The position numbers and the translations under genes were made by a program. From a virus (taxonomy: Duplodnaviria; Caudoviricetes), in the IMG/VR virus record IMGVR_UViG_3300027819_000040, positions 1-34,239 of that record: a stretch of 34,239 bases of DNA; one strand, 5' to 3'. Position 1 is the first letter of the stretch, and each line of letters opens with the position of its first letter. This document shows, piece by piece, positions 8,444-17,758 of this stretch. The notes under the pieces were generated by a model. The model was not told where the DNA came from and did no database searches. It saw only the letters and a list, made by a program, of their open reading frames with translations.

Positions 8444-11400
8444 CTACACGTAGAGCGGTTGGGCGCCGTCGGTCTTTCGCACCGTCGCGCTGACGCCTTC
8501 GATTGCCTGTTCGACCGCATTCATGCGCTCGGTGAGTTGCTGAAAGCCCGCGGCCATTACCGTGACGGTGCGTCCCATCCCGTCCGAGACTGCCTGTGCG
8601 ACATCGCTCTGCGTCAACGGCAAGGGGCCCTCCGGCACCTTGCCCACCGGCTTGATGACCTTCTCCCATCCGCTCGCCATCGCGTTGGCCACGGCGAGCT
8701 GCGCGCGAAGCACCTCGAGTTGCTGGGCGAGGATATCAAGCTGCCGCTGCGCCTCGGCCCGGATTGCTGCGATTTGCGAGGCGGCGTTGGCACGCGCGGC
8801 CTCTGCCAGGTTCGCCAGCGTGGCGATCTGGTTCTGCTGCATCGTGACTTGCTGGCGGAGCACAGAAAGGACCTGCTGTTCGTACGTCAGTTGCGTGCCA
8901 TAGCGGTCGGTCAACGCGGCAAGCATCGCCTGCACACCGGCGAAATCCGAGGCGTAACCCACGCTACTGGCGTTCACCGCGCGCGACTTCTCAAGGAACG
9001 TCTGCGCGGCGCTGCCGAGACCGAGGGCGGCATCTTTGTCGCCACCCATCGCGCGCGCGGCCAGCGCCTCGTACTGCGCCTTGGCCTCCGCCAACTGCTG
9101 GACGGGCGACAGGGTGGTCAGATTGCCGAGCTTCAGCGCATCAGCGAACGTGCGCAACGAGTCGATGACCTGCTGCGTCTTTTGCGCGTCGGCTTCTGCG
9201 ACCCGCAGTTGATCCTGCAGCACCTTGAGCTGCTGCTCGGCGGCGGTGCGCTGCGCATCGAGCCCGGAGAGCGTGGCCTCGAGACTCGCGTTCGCGGCAG
9301 CGATCTGGTCGTCCATCTGACGGTTGATCGTGATCGCCGCGTTCTCGATGCCGTGAATGCCACGCATGAAGTCGAGCTCCGCCGGGGAGCGGCCTGCCTT
9401 CTGCGCGTCGGAGAACTCCATGTCCTGCGTGAAGGCGCGACGGGCGTCCTCGGCCGCGCGCGAGTTGCCGACCGCGGTGAGGCCGCGCACCAGCAGGCTG
9501 TTCTGAAACTCCGCCGACGCGCGCGCGAATGCCTCTGCAGCCGCCGCAGCCGCTGCGAGCGCTTCCGCCGCCTTGCGCGCCTCTTCAGCCAGGCGGTCCT
9601 GTTCCTCGTTGTAACGCCGCGTTTCGTCCGCCGCGCGCAGCATGGCCTGCTGCATGGCGTAGATCGCATCGACTTCCGCTCGCGCTGCGAAGCGCGCCGT
9701 CTCGTTCTCCCGACCCGCGTAGGCCTTCGTGATCGCGTCCTGCATGGCGTTGTACTGGGCGCGCGCATCGGCCAGCGCCTTGTCGAGCTCCGACATGTTG
9801 CCGAGCGCGGAGCGCGCGTAGTCGGCCAACGACAGTTGGAACTCGGCCTGCGCCTTGCGCAGCGCCGCCGCGTGCTCGCGCGCCGCCTTCGCCGAGCCGA
9901 GCAACCCGCCGGCCAGGCCCGCGAGGCCGCCAATCACCATGCCAATCGGGCCCGCTGCGGAGCCAGCGGCTATGCCGGAGAGGGCACCGGTGACCGGATT
10001 CGCGGAATCGTAGCCCGAGAGGCCGCCAGCGATAGCGGCCGTGCTGTACTTCAGCGCGGAGTAGCCGACGCCGCTGTTCCTCCCTTCGGCCTCCATGCGC
10101 GTCATCAGGTCGGAGAACGCGCGGTAGATGCCCTCCATGCCGTCGCGGAACGAGTTGCCGAACCCCTCGACGATGCGGCCAATGCCGCGCCGCCAGATGG
10201 CGGCGACATCGGCGACGTACTTCTCCTGGGCCTTGTAGTTCTCGCCGAAGAAGCTGAGCCAGACGGCCCGAGCCTTCTCGACCCATGACTTGGCAATGTC
10301 CCCTGGTGACGCTGGTCCGGTATTGAACGGAGAGACGCCGACGCCTGGGCCTGAACCGGCGCCGATGCCAGTCACGACTGTGCCCCCGCCCGCCGAGAAG
10401 CCGCCGACACTCGGCTTCAACTGGCCCGCGTGGATGTCGGCGATCTGCTTCTCGATGCGCAGCCGTTGCAGGGCGCGGTCGTTGATTTCGTCGTCAAGCT
10501 TCTTCTGCCGCTCCTTCAGGACCGCGATCTCGACCAGAGCATCCCGATGGAGGCGGGTGAACTTGAGCTGCTGCTCAGCTTCGGCCTTGTTCGTGACCAA
10601 CGCCTGTGCCAGCGAGAGTTCCTTGAGCTGCTTGAGCAGCCCGATGTTCTCGCGCGTCACCTGCAGCTTCGTCTGCGCGTCTGTGATTTCCTTGCGCATG
10701 TCGGCAGTCGCCGTCTCGTGCGCTGCCTTCGCGGCCTTCGCGGCCTCCTCAGCCGCCTTCGCTGCTTTCGCCTGCTCGCGCAGCGACTTCAGGTGCTCGT
10801 TGGTGGCGTATAGTTGCCGCAGCTTTGCGGCGCTCTCAGCATCCTCAGCTTCTCTGAGTTCGAGGGTGGCTTCATACAGTTTGTCGATGGCGTACTTCCC
10901 AGCGAGAAACACCCCGAGCAGAACCGTCGCGGCGCCGGCCGTGCTCGTTGCGAACCCAACGGCCTTGCCCCAGAGGGTCGCCGCCTGCGCGCCGAGTGTC
11001 ATAGTCGCCGAACTCGCCGCGGTGGCGGTGGCCAGTTGCGTATTTGCTGCCGCAGCGGCCATGTTCGCGCGCTGCACGCCTGTAAGAGCAGCCATCTGCG
11101 AGGCCGCCGTGGCTTCATTGACATAAAGCGCCTGCGTTGTGAGCGCGAGGTTCTGCTGTGCAGCGATCTGCTGCGCCCGTGCCGCCGCCACCGCGAACTC
11201 GGCCCGCTTGATGTCGGAAGCGATCAACACCGCGTTCGCTGCCGCCGTGGATTCCAGCGCAGCTCCGTAGGCAAGCAGGGACGAGAGGCCCTTCCCTGCG
11301 TAGGCAGCGGCCACCAGCAGCACGACGTTGAGCATGCCGCCCGCCGCCTCGACCGTCGTCTTCATGGCGACCGCGAGGGCGTTGATGGTCGCGACGACGC

Positions 11401-12121
11401 CCGACGTGCTCGACTGCGACAGCTCGAACAGGTCGCCGAAGTCGTTGGCGAGCCCCTTGAGTGCACCACCGAGCGTGTCGCGCGCAGCTCTTGCTGCGCC
11501 GCCGAAACGCTCCTCTACGCGCGCGAGAATGACCGCCTGCGCCTCCGCTACCTTGCCGTGTTCGGCCATCGCGGCGATGGACGCAACCTCGGACTCACTG
11601 AAGAGGCGCGTACCGCGGTTGAGCGCGGAGAGCGCTTCCGCCGGCAACTGAAGCGCCCGCCCCAGTTGCGAGGCGCTGGTGTTCAGGTCGCCGCCCATCG
11701 CCGTGGCGAGGTCTTCTGCGGCCTTTGCCGCGCGGATGAACTCATCACCCTTGATGTTCGTGAACGCGAGCAGCACCGCTTCTGCGCCCTTCACGGCATC
11801 ATCGCTGAACGCGGTAAGCTGCTGCTCGGAAGTCGCGAGCTTGTCGAGTTGTCCGATGGTGAGACCGACCGCGCCACCCGTTGAGCGTAGGCGCGCTTCG
11901 AGTTGCGCCTGCACGTTCTGTGCGTCGATCGTCTCCTTTATGAACTTCCCCATGATCGCGCCGGCGCCGAGCGTGACGCCCAGCTTTCCCGCCGTCGAGG
12001 CCAGTAGGCCGACGGCGCCTTCGGCACGGGCGGCTCTGGCCGCCAACTTGTCGAGCGAATCGTTGGCCGTGACGACTTGCCCGTTCTCGACGCGTATTCC
12101 GAGGGTGACGATGTCGGACAT
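8444..12121 (-). CDS. Tape measure protein
   Basis: 1225 aa, Ala-rich helical and coiled-coil; directly follows the tail chaperones. Confidence 0.93.
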   Translation of the reverse strand: MSDIVTLGIRVENGQVVTANDSLDKLAARAARAEGAVGLLASTAGKLGVTLGAGAIMGKFIKETIDAQNVQAQLEARLRSTGGAVGLTIGQLDKLATSEQQLTAFSDDAVKGAEAVLLAFTNIKGDEFIRAAKAAEDLATAMGGDLNTSASQLGRALQLPAEALSALNRGTRLFSESEVASIAAMAEHGKVAEAQAVILARVEERFGGAARAARDTLGGALKGLANDFGDLFELSQSSTSGVVATINALAVAMKTTVEAAGGMLNVVLLVAAAYAGKGLSSLLAYGAALESTAAANAVLIASDIKRAEFAVAAARAQQIAAQQNLALTTQALYVNEATAASQMAALTGVQRANMAAAAANTQLATATAASSATMTLGAQAATLWGKAVGFATSTAGAATVLLGVFLAGKYAIDKLYEATLELREAEDAESAAKLRQLYATNEHLKSLREQAKAAKAAEEAAKAAKAAHETATADMRKEITDAQTKLQVTRENIGLLKQLKELSLAQALVTNKAEAEQQLKFTRLHRDALVEIAVLKERQKKLDDEINDRALQRLRIEKQIADIHAGQLKPSVGGFSAGGGTVVTGIGAGSGPGVGVSPFNTGPASPGDIAKSWVEKARAVWLSFFGENYKAQEKYVADVAAIWRRGIGRIVEGFGNSFRDGMEGIYRAFSDLMTRMEAEGRNSGVGYSALKYSTAAIAGGLSGYDSANPVTGALSGIAAGSAAGPIGMVIGGLAGLAGGLLGSAKAAREHAAALRKAQAEFQLSLADYARSALGNMSELDKALADARAQYNAMQDAITKAYAGRENETARFAARAEVDAIYAMQQAMLRAADETRRYNEEQDRLAEEARKAAEALAAAAAAAEAFARASAEFQNSLLVRGLTAVGNSRAAEDARRAFTQDMEFSDAQKAGRSPAELDFMRGIHGIENAAITINRQMDDQIAAANASLEATLSGLDAQRTAAEQQLKVLQDQLRVAEADAQKTQQVIDSLRTFADALKLGNLTTLSPVQQLAEAKAQYEALAARAMGGDKDAALGLGSAAQTFLEKSRAVNASSVGYASDFAGVQAMLAALTDRYGTQLTYEQQVLSVLRQQVTMQQNQIATLANLAEAARANAASQIAAIRAEAQRQLDILAQQLEVLRAQLAVANAMASGWEKVIKPVGKVPEGPLPLTQSDVAQAVSDGMGRTVTVMAAGFQQLTERMNAVEQAIEGVSATVRKTDGAQPLYV

Positions 12122-12122
12122 G

Positions 12123-12500
12123 CTAGTGCTCCTCGGCAGGTGGATTGAGCATCACGCCATCGAGTCGGAAGAGCGCCTGGACTTCATGGGGGCGCAGGTC
12201 CACGTTGAGCCGCCGCGCCATCGCATCGATCGACGCCCACGTGGCGGGCACGATCCCGTGCGTGGAGATGCCGGACCGCCCGTGGAGTTGCCGGACCAGA
12301 TCCTCGAGGTATTCCATCGACTCGGGGAACTCCGGCCCAGCCAGATCGCGCGTCGCCTTGGCGCGCGCCCACGGGGTGCGCGACCGCGCCGCCCGGAGGA
12401 GATGGTCGCGCACCGTGCCCTTGCCATCCGCACTCGGACGGTTCAGGCGCGCTTCATGGGCGAGCGCGGCGGCCAACTGCTCTACCCCTTCCTGAAAAAA
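12123..12500 (-). CDS. Tail assembly chaperone C-terminal extension (gpGT/T-like), reached by -1 frameshift
   Basis: The -1 frame from TTTTTTC reads FFQEGVEQLAAALAHE...WASIDAMARR...EVQALFRLD; ends just before the tape measure. Confidence 0.75.
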   Translation of the reverse strand, partial: FFQEGVEQLAAALAHEARLNRPSADGKGTVRDHLLRAARSRTPWARAKATRDLAGPEFPESMEYLEDLVRQLHGRSGISTHGIVPATWASIDAMARRLNVDLRPHEVQALFRLDGVMLNPPAEEH

Positions 12501-12913
12501 CGCTCGTGGTCTCCCATCGCCCGCTCGATCTGCGCGCGGAGGTGCTGCGCCCTCGTTGAGGTCAGGATGGCCATCGCATTCTCGGCCGTGAACGGCAGCT
12601 TTTTGCCGGGGCCCATGAAGAAGCCATCGAAGCCCTCGGTGCACTTCACGATGGCCTCGACGTCGTTGCCTTCCGTCGCGTCGGCGACGTCCTGTCCGAT
12701 GCGCAGGCGCTTGCCGAGACGGCGCTTCTGCGCCTTGAGGACGGCGAGGTAGGTGTTGGAGTAGGTGCCCTTCACCGTCCAGGTGACTGGCTTCTTCTCC
12801 GTGCCCTCGCCGTAGTACATCGGCTCGTCGTGCTCATCCTGCAGATGAATCGTCTGCCCCTCGTCTTCGATGGCGCCGAGATCGGGGGCGGTGCTCAGGT
12901 CAAATCCCTGCAT
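12482..12913 (-). CDS. Tail assembly chaperone (gpG-like)
   Basis: AGGAG SD; between tail tube and tape measure; slippery site near its 3' end. Confidence 0.8.
   Translation of the reverse strand: MQGFDLSTAPDLGAIEDEGQTIHLQDEHDEPMYYGEGTEKKPVTWTVKGTYSNTYLAVLKAQKRRLGKRLRIGQDVADATEGNDVEAIVKCTEGFDGFFMGPGKKLPFTAENAMAILTSTRAQHLRAQIERAMGDHERFFRKG
12494..12500 (-). other. Programmed -1 frameshift heptamer T-TTT-TTC
   Basis: CGT TTT TTC AGG AAG GGG TAG; an X XXY YYZ heptamer in the correct phase, with the -1 frame open to 12123. Confidence 0.8.
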
Positions 12914-13092
12914 TGGCGTGCTCCTGTGGGGGTGTTCGCCGCCTGTGCCGGGGCACGCAAGCCTGTTGACGGGGTTCCGTCGCCAACAGCACCGACACAG
13001 ACGGAGAACGAAGATTCAGTCAGCCAACCACGCGCGCGTGCGGCACGCAGTGCCCTGCACAAGCTCCACCACCAGCACCGTCACCCATCGCC

Positions 13093-14304
13093 TCAGGCGA
13101 CGGTCAGATCCGAGATGAGCAGCGTCGTCGGCGCGTAGCCGGCGCCGCGGTCATCGTCACCGCCGTAGAGCTTCATCGTCTGCGTGTTGTCGCCGGTGCC
13201 GGCGGCAGGCGATGCGAAACTCCCGAACGCGAGGTTGCCCGCGTAGACGCCAATGCCACTCTCGTCCTGCTTGTCCTTGTAGTGGCACAGCAGCGAGAGG
13301 TCGGCGTCGGCGGCGTAATCGTCGAAGTCGTCGCCGTCTTCCATCAGGCCCGTGACCTGGCCGGCGAACTCGAAATCGCCGATGTTCGCGGCCGGTCCGT
13401 CCGTCGTGCCGATGACGTCCGTCTGGCTCACCGGGGCGGTGATACCGAAGGTCAGCGCCGTCAGGTCGAGGCGCTTGGTGCCATTCAGGAAGACGCCACC
13501 GTCGAGGAGAATCAGGCTCTCACCAGACGGGAAGACCGGCGAAGTCATCACCGGCACGCCAGCACCAGCCGCCTTCAGCTCGAGCGTGCGCGCCGCGATG
13601 CCGAAGGAGATCTTCGGATACGCCGACGGCCCCTCGTTGAAGATGAGCGAGTTGAAACGCGCGTCGGACACGAACTTGGAGCGCGGCACGTCCATGCCCG
13701 CGATGTACTCCTCGACCGAGTGGAACGAGTCCACGTAGTTGGTCGGCGTGAGGACGTGCCGCGCGATCTCCATCGAGAAGGCGATGTCCGCCACCTGATC
13801 CACGAGGTAGCCGGACGGGATGGTCGCCACGCGATTGCCTGCGCCGCCCACCGACAACACCGGCACCCACTTGCCGTTGTTGCCCGACGTGGACAGGTCG
13901 GTGAAGCGCACGAACATGCCGGCGAGCAGCCCGGCAGTGAGGAGGCTTCCGCCACCGAACGTCAGGATCGTTCCCGTGCCGCTAATCGTGACCGACGTCA
14001 ACGTCGCCTCGGTCACCGTGACCTTCGCGGTCCACGCCGCGGCGCCGAGAATCGCGGGGCCCAGGCCCTCGAACACCTCGGCCACGAGTTCGGTCTCGTA
14101 GGCCGCCGTGCTCTTCACCGGGCCGCGGCGCGCGCGCTTCTTCATGCGATTGTGCTTCATCATCGCGGAGACGATGGACGCGGCCTCCGACTGCAGCCCA
14201 CCGCCGGCGAGGAGCTCGATGCCGAAGGCAGCGGCGCCGGACGCGGGGACCCCCTTGCCGCTCTGGGGCTTGAAGGCGAATACCGTCTTGGAGAGATCGC
14301 TCAT
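13093..14304 (-). CDS. Major tail tube protein
   Basis: 403-aa beta-rich protein between neck genes and chaperones; GAGG SD. Confidence 0.8.
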   Translation of the reverse strand: MSDLSKTVFAFKPQSGKGVPASGAAAFGIELLAGGGLQSEAASIVSAMMKHNRMKKRARRGPVKSTAAYETELVAEVFEGLGPAILGAAAWTAKVTVTEATLTSVTISGTGTILTFGGGSLLTAGLLAGMFVRFTDLSTSGNNGKWVPVLSVGGAGNRVATIPSGYLVDQVADIAFSMEIARHVLTPTNYVDSFHSVEEYIAGMDVPRSKFVSDARFNSLIFNEGPSAYPKISFGIAARTLELKAAGAGVPVMTSPVFPSGESLILLDGGVFLNGTKRLDLTALTFGITAPVSQTDVIGTTDGPAANIGDFEFAGQVTGLMEDGDDFDDYAADADLSLLCHYKDKQDESGIGVYAGNLAFGSFASPAAGTGDNTQTMKLYGGDDDRGAGYAPTTLLISDLTVA

Positions 14305-14325
14305 GGCGTTGGTCCTCTGGCAGGG

Positions 14326-15012
14326 TTAGGCGAGCACGGCGTTGCGACTTCTCGCACGCCACGGCGCGGTGAGAATGAGGCAGCCCCACCCAGTGAGCTG
14401 GATGAGTTGTCCGGTATAGGGCGCATGTTCGGGATCGATCTGCACAGGTCCGGCGACGGTGCCTGGAGCGAAGCGCGCGCGCAGCGCATCGACTTGCTTC
14501 CGCAGCGCCCGGTCGCCAATACCGACAGGGAATCCCGGCAGCGTCGAGACGCCGTACCACTTCAGGATGTACAGCCCCTCCTCGTGCATCTGGCCGCCGT
14601 TCGTCGCGAAGGTCCGCATGGCCGCCGCGGCATGCACGAACTCTTCTTCGACGTAGGGGCGCCCAGCGACCGGGGTGAGGCCGACCATCTCCCACGAGCG
14701 GAGCAGCGGGACACCGACGCTGAGGCTGCGACCAGAGGCAGCGACTTCAACGGCGCGCGCGTTCTTCACGGTGATCGCAGCGGCCGAGACGCCGGTGATG
14801 ACGTCGAGGGTGTTGGCCGCGAACCCGGCGGGCACGAGCTCCATGCCGACATCGAATCCCTCGGTCAGGAAGGTCGACTCGCCCGGCGCACCGGTGAGCG
14901 TGCGCGCGTACCCGGTGGCCGTGGCGCTGAGAGTCGTGAGACCCGTCGTCGCAACGACGAGCCCAAGCGCGCGGTTGCGCAGCGCCAGCTTGGCGGCCAT
15001 GAGATCGATCAT
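14326..15012 (-). CDS. Putative tail terminator / completion protein with an extra N-terminal beta domain
   Basis: Synteny just before the tail tube; C-terminal half resembles terminators (PYVEE...GLYIL...ARFAPGT). Confidence 0.55.
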   Translation of the reverse strand: MIDLMAAKLALRNRALGLVVATTGLTTLSATATGYARTLTGAPGESTFLTEGFDVGMELVPAGFAANTLDVITGVSAAAITVKNARAVEVAASGRSLSVGVPLLRSWEMVGLTPVAGRPYVEEEFVHAAAAMRTFATNGGQMHEEGLYILKWYGVSTLPGFPVGIGDRALRKQVDALRARFAPGTVAGPVQIDPEHAPYTGQLIQLTGWGCLILTAPWRARSRNAVLA

Positions 15013-15013
15013 C

Positions 15014-15394
15014 TCAGCGGAACCCCAGCCGATTGCACACGTCGGCGACGATGTTCGCGAAGCCGCGGCGCGTCAGGGCGACGTTCCACCGCCCGCCAAT
15101 CGCTGCGCGCTGCTCGTACGGGCCGCCGCCTGGGCGCGCCACGCCATCCTCGTTCTGCTGGGCCCACGGAACAGACGTGGAGATCAACGCGCGCGTCGGC
15201 GTCTCGAACTCCACCTGCCAAGAGGCGCGCAGTTCGCCGCCGCGCACATCGGCCACGACCTGTCCGGGCGCGCCAGTGAGGGGCGAGCCGAAGACAATGG
15301 AGTTCTTCGTCTCGGCCACGACGCCGGAGAAGACGGCCTCATTGGCCACCTTGACCTTGCGCGTCCAGCGCTCGATGTCGGCGGCGAAGCTCAT
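15014..15394 (-). CDS. Neck / tail completion protein (HK97 gp10-like)
   Basis: MSFAADIERW start, GELRASWQV, S.VPWA..NEDG motifs; synteny. Confidence 0.7.
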   Translation of the reverse strand: MSFAADIERWTRKVKVANEAVFSGVVAETKNSIVFGSPLTGAPGQVVADVRGGELRASWQVEFETPTRALISTSVPWAQQNEDGVARPGGGPYEQRAAIGGRWNVALTRRGFANIVADVCNRLGFR

Positions 15395-15777
15395 ACGGTC
15401 CCCGTCGGGAAGTAGAGAATCGGCTCACCATCCGGGGCCAGCGTGTCGCCAGCGTCGCGGATCGTGTAGTCCACGCCCGCCCAGCGCATCGGCTTGCCCG
15501 GAGCGATCACGCCGACGGGCAGGCCCTTGGCCGCGATCATCAGCGTGACCGGATTCACCAGCACGAGGTTGAGCGCCTTGAAGCGGTCGGGGTCGCCCTC
15601 GATCTGAATTGCACGCCCAATCACGTCCGCACTCGGTCCGCTGCCACCCGACCACTGGCCGGTCGCCTCATCGAAGACCGGCGCCGACGCGGGCGCACCG
15701 GGAAACGTCACTGGCGCGCCCTTGCGCGTGATCGTGGCGAGTGCGCGCTGTGCGCTGGCGGCGTATTTCGACGCCAT
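15391..15777 (-). CDS. Head closure / head-tail joining protein
   Basis: AQRALATITRKGAPVTF, FDEATG, YTIRD...PDGEPILY pattern; coupled to both neighbours. Confidence 0.7.
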   Translation of the reverse strand: MASKYAASAQRALATITRKGAPVTFPGAPASAPVFDEATGQWSGGSGPSADVIGRAIQIEGDPDRFKALNLVLVNPVTLMIAAKGLPVGVIAPGKPMRWAGVDYTIRDAGDTLAPDGEPILYFPTGTV

Positions 15778-16301
15778 CAGGAGGCGCGCTCCACGGTGGC
15801 CGATCCCCAGCCGCTCGTGGCTTGCAGGAACGGCGCGAGGAGCCGCTGCACGATGGGCGGGAAGCGATCGAGGCCCGTGGCCGTGTCGCGCGCCGCAAAG
15901 TACTCCGTCGTCAGCGGGCCGGTCTTGTCGACCTTGATGTTGCCGTTCACCCCGCTGTTCAGCGGATCATCGGTGGCGCCAGCGGCGAAGAGTGGCGCAT
16001 ACGAGATCGCCAGTTCGATGCACGCGGAGACGACTGCGGGCGGGAGCACCCCGCCATCGCCGGTACGCGGGAAGAAGAGCGCCTGAGCACTCGTGCCGGG
16101 TGAACCGGCGAGTCCCGGCGTTGAGTCGATGTCGCGCGTCGCGGTGACGAGCGCTTGGACCTGCTGATCGGCTGAGAGATCGCCGAACGCGACGGTGTTC
16201 GGATCGGGTACGCGATAGGCCGCGACGGCCAACGCACCGCTGGCGTCAGCGTATGCGTTGGCGTCGGTCGCGCCCGGAGTGGCAACTAGCGTCAGGGCCA
16301 T
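15777..16301 (-). CDS. Head-tail adaptor (often annotated DnaT-like)
   Basis: ANAYAD...ALVTATRDID...QALFFPR...LPPAVVSACIELA...KTGPLTTEY signature. Confidence 0.75.
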   Translation of the reverse strand: MALTLVATPGATDANAYADASGALAVAAYRVPDPNTVAFGDLSADQQVQALVTATRDIDSTPGLAGSPGTSAQALFFPRTGDGGVLPPAVVSACIELAISYAPLFAAGATDDPLNSGVNGNIKVDKTGPLTTEYFAARDTATGLDRFPPIVQRLLAPFLQATSGWGSATVERAS

Positions 16302-16313
16302 GGCCTTTGCCGA

Positions 16314-17285
16314 TTACGGCGCGCCAGGCACAGCGAGCGTCAGACCATCGGGGGCAGTGACCGCCTTCACGGCCACGGCGTTCTGCAGCCAGAGATCGTC
16401 CGTCCCGGCCACATAGTCGCCGGTGTCATACGCGCCACCGAGGATGTTCTCGGCCACGACGTTGCCCGACCCACCGGTCAGGTCCACGTACTTTCCCGTC
16501 CCCTTCACGGTGCCGAAGACGTTGTCGCGGATCAGCGAGCCGACGAGCGCCGAGACGATGTGCCGCTCATTGCCCTCGGTGGAGCTGTCGGACTGGAAGA
16601 AGTTGTCGCGGATCTTCCAGCGGCGCGGGTTGGCCACGCTCGTGCTCGTGTTGCGGATCGCGGCGGCCGAAGCCGAGGCGTCCAGCGTCTCGAACGTGCA
16701 CCCGATCACGTCCACGTTGTAGCAGCCGCCGTCGTCTTCGATGCCGTACAGGCCATTGCGGAAGTCGCAGCCGTAGAAGCCCGAGTGCCCCGCGTCGTAC
16801 TCGCTCAGGCCGCTCAGCGCATTGCGCTGGAGCTTCACCGCGGCGTACGCCGTCGGCACGTCGAAGAGGATGTTGAAGAACTTCCAGCCGCGGCCGCGCA
16901 CGGTCATCAGCGGACCGGCCGGCGAGCCCGGCGACTGCCAGACCGCTGCACCGTAATCGACGGCGGTGGCACCGCTGCCCGGCTGGTCCGCGTGATGCTG
17001 CGAGAGACAGCCAACGATCGTGATGTCGAACTTGAGGTTGGAGCCGACGATCTCTTCCGTGACCTTGCCGCGGAAGTAGATGGTGTCGCCCGTCTGCGCC
17101 ATGCTGATGGCCTTGGCCATCGTCTTGTAGGCGCTGTCCCACGACCGACCGTCGTTCGCGGTGTCCGACCCGTTGTAGGTGCGGACGTACCACGCGGCGC
17201 CAACGCCACCGGAGAGCATGGGCTGGAGCTGCTCGACGTCAGCCTGGAGCGCGCGCACCTGCGCGTAGAATCCCTTGCGCGACAT
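16314..17285 (-). CDS. Right-handed beta-helix (pectin-lyase-like) virion protein
   Basis: YV...GSD.NDGRSWDSAYKTMAKAI...GDTIY cap motif followed by I.DN.F / V.ENI repeats. Confidence 0.75.
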   Translation of the reverse strand: MSRKGFYAQVRALQADVEQLQPMLSGGVGAAWYVRTYNGSDTANDGRSWDSAYKTMAKAISMAQTGDTIYFRGKVTEEIVGSNLKFDITIVGCLSQHHADQPGSGATAVDYGAAVWQSPGSPAGPLMTVRGRGWKFFNILFDVPTAYAAVKLQRNALSGLSEYDAGHSGFYGCDFRNGLYGIEDDGGCYNVDVIGCTFETLDASASAAAIRNTSTSVANPRRWKIRDNFFQSDSSTEGNERHIVSALVGSLIRDNVFGTVKGTGKYVDLTGGSGNVVAENILGGAYDTGDYVAGTDDLWLQNAVAVKAVTAPDGLTLAVPGAP

Positions 17286-17287
17286 GA

Positions 17288-17689
17288 TTACCGCCTCCGT
17301 CTGCGATTCGTGTTCCCCCTGCGCCCTTCGCGACGCGCGGCGGGCTCCTGCCCGCCGCCAGGGGGTGCCTCTTCCGTCCGCTCCGTCCAGTCACCAGCGA
17401 TCGCCTTCCTCGCCAGCAGATGCTCGACGGAGCGCCCGTACATCGCCTGCGCTAGCGCGAGTTCATCACCGCGGTGAAACAGCCGACCGTTCATGAGGAC
17501 CGCGCCGACAATGCGTCGGTCGTCGGGCCGCGCCGGACGCGGTGCATCTGCCGGCGGCGTCTCCGCCTTTGGCGTATCACCCGCGCCTAACGCGGCCTGC
17601 TCAGCCGTCTCGCTCTTGCGTTCCGCGTTCTCGCCGGTTCGTTCCGCGATTTCGGCCTTTCGTTCCGTCTCGAGCGGTGTCCCAGTCAT
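17288..17689 (-). CDS. Hypothetical protein with an arginine-rich C-terminus
   Basis: Start MTGTPLE after GGAAGG; ends RREGRRGNTNRRRRR; first gene after the capsid gene. Confidence 0.6.
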   Translation of the reverse strand: MTGTPLETERKAEIAERTGENAERKSETAEQAALGAGDTPKAETPPADAPRPARPDDRRIVGAVLMNGRLFHRGDELALAQAMYGRSVEHLLARKAIAGDWTERTEEAPPGGGQEPAARREGRRGNTNRRRRR

Positions 17690-17758
17690 GTGCCTTCCCG
17701 GTACCGGACGCCTTCGGGGCGGTGGCATGCGCACCGCCCGTCACGCGTCGCCGTCCTG

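Noticed and set aside
5126-17285. Second DGR target (another VR)
   Set aside because: No further TR-like copy found by eye in this window; a BLASTN of TR against the full genome is needed to exclude remote targets
17715-17739. Hairpin after the capsid gene as an intrinsic terminator
   Set aside because: The GGGCGGTG/CACCGCCC stem has no U-tract; it may be a stability hairpin but cannot be called
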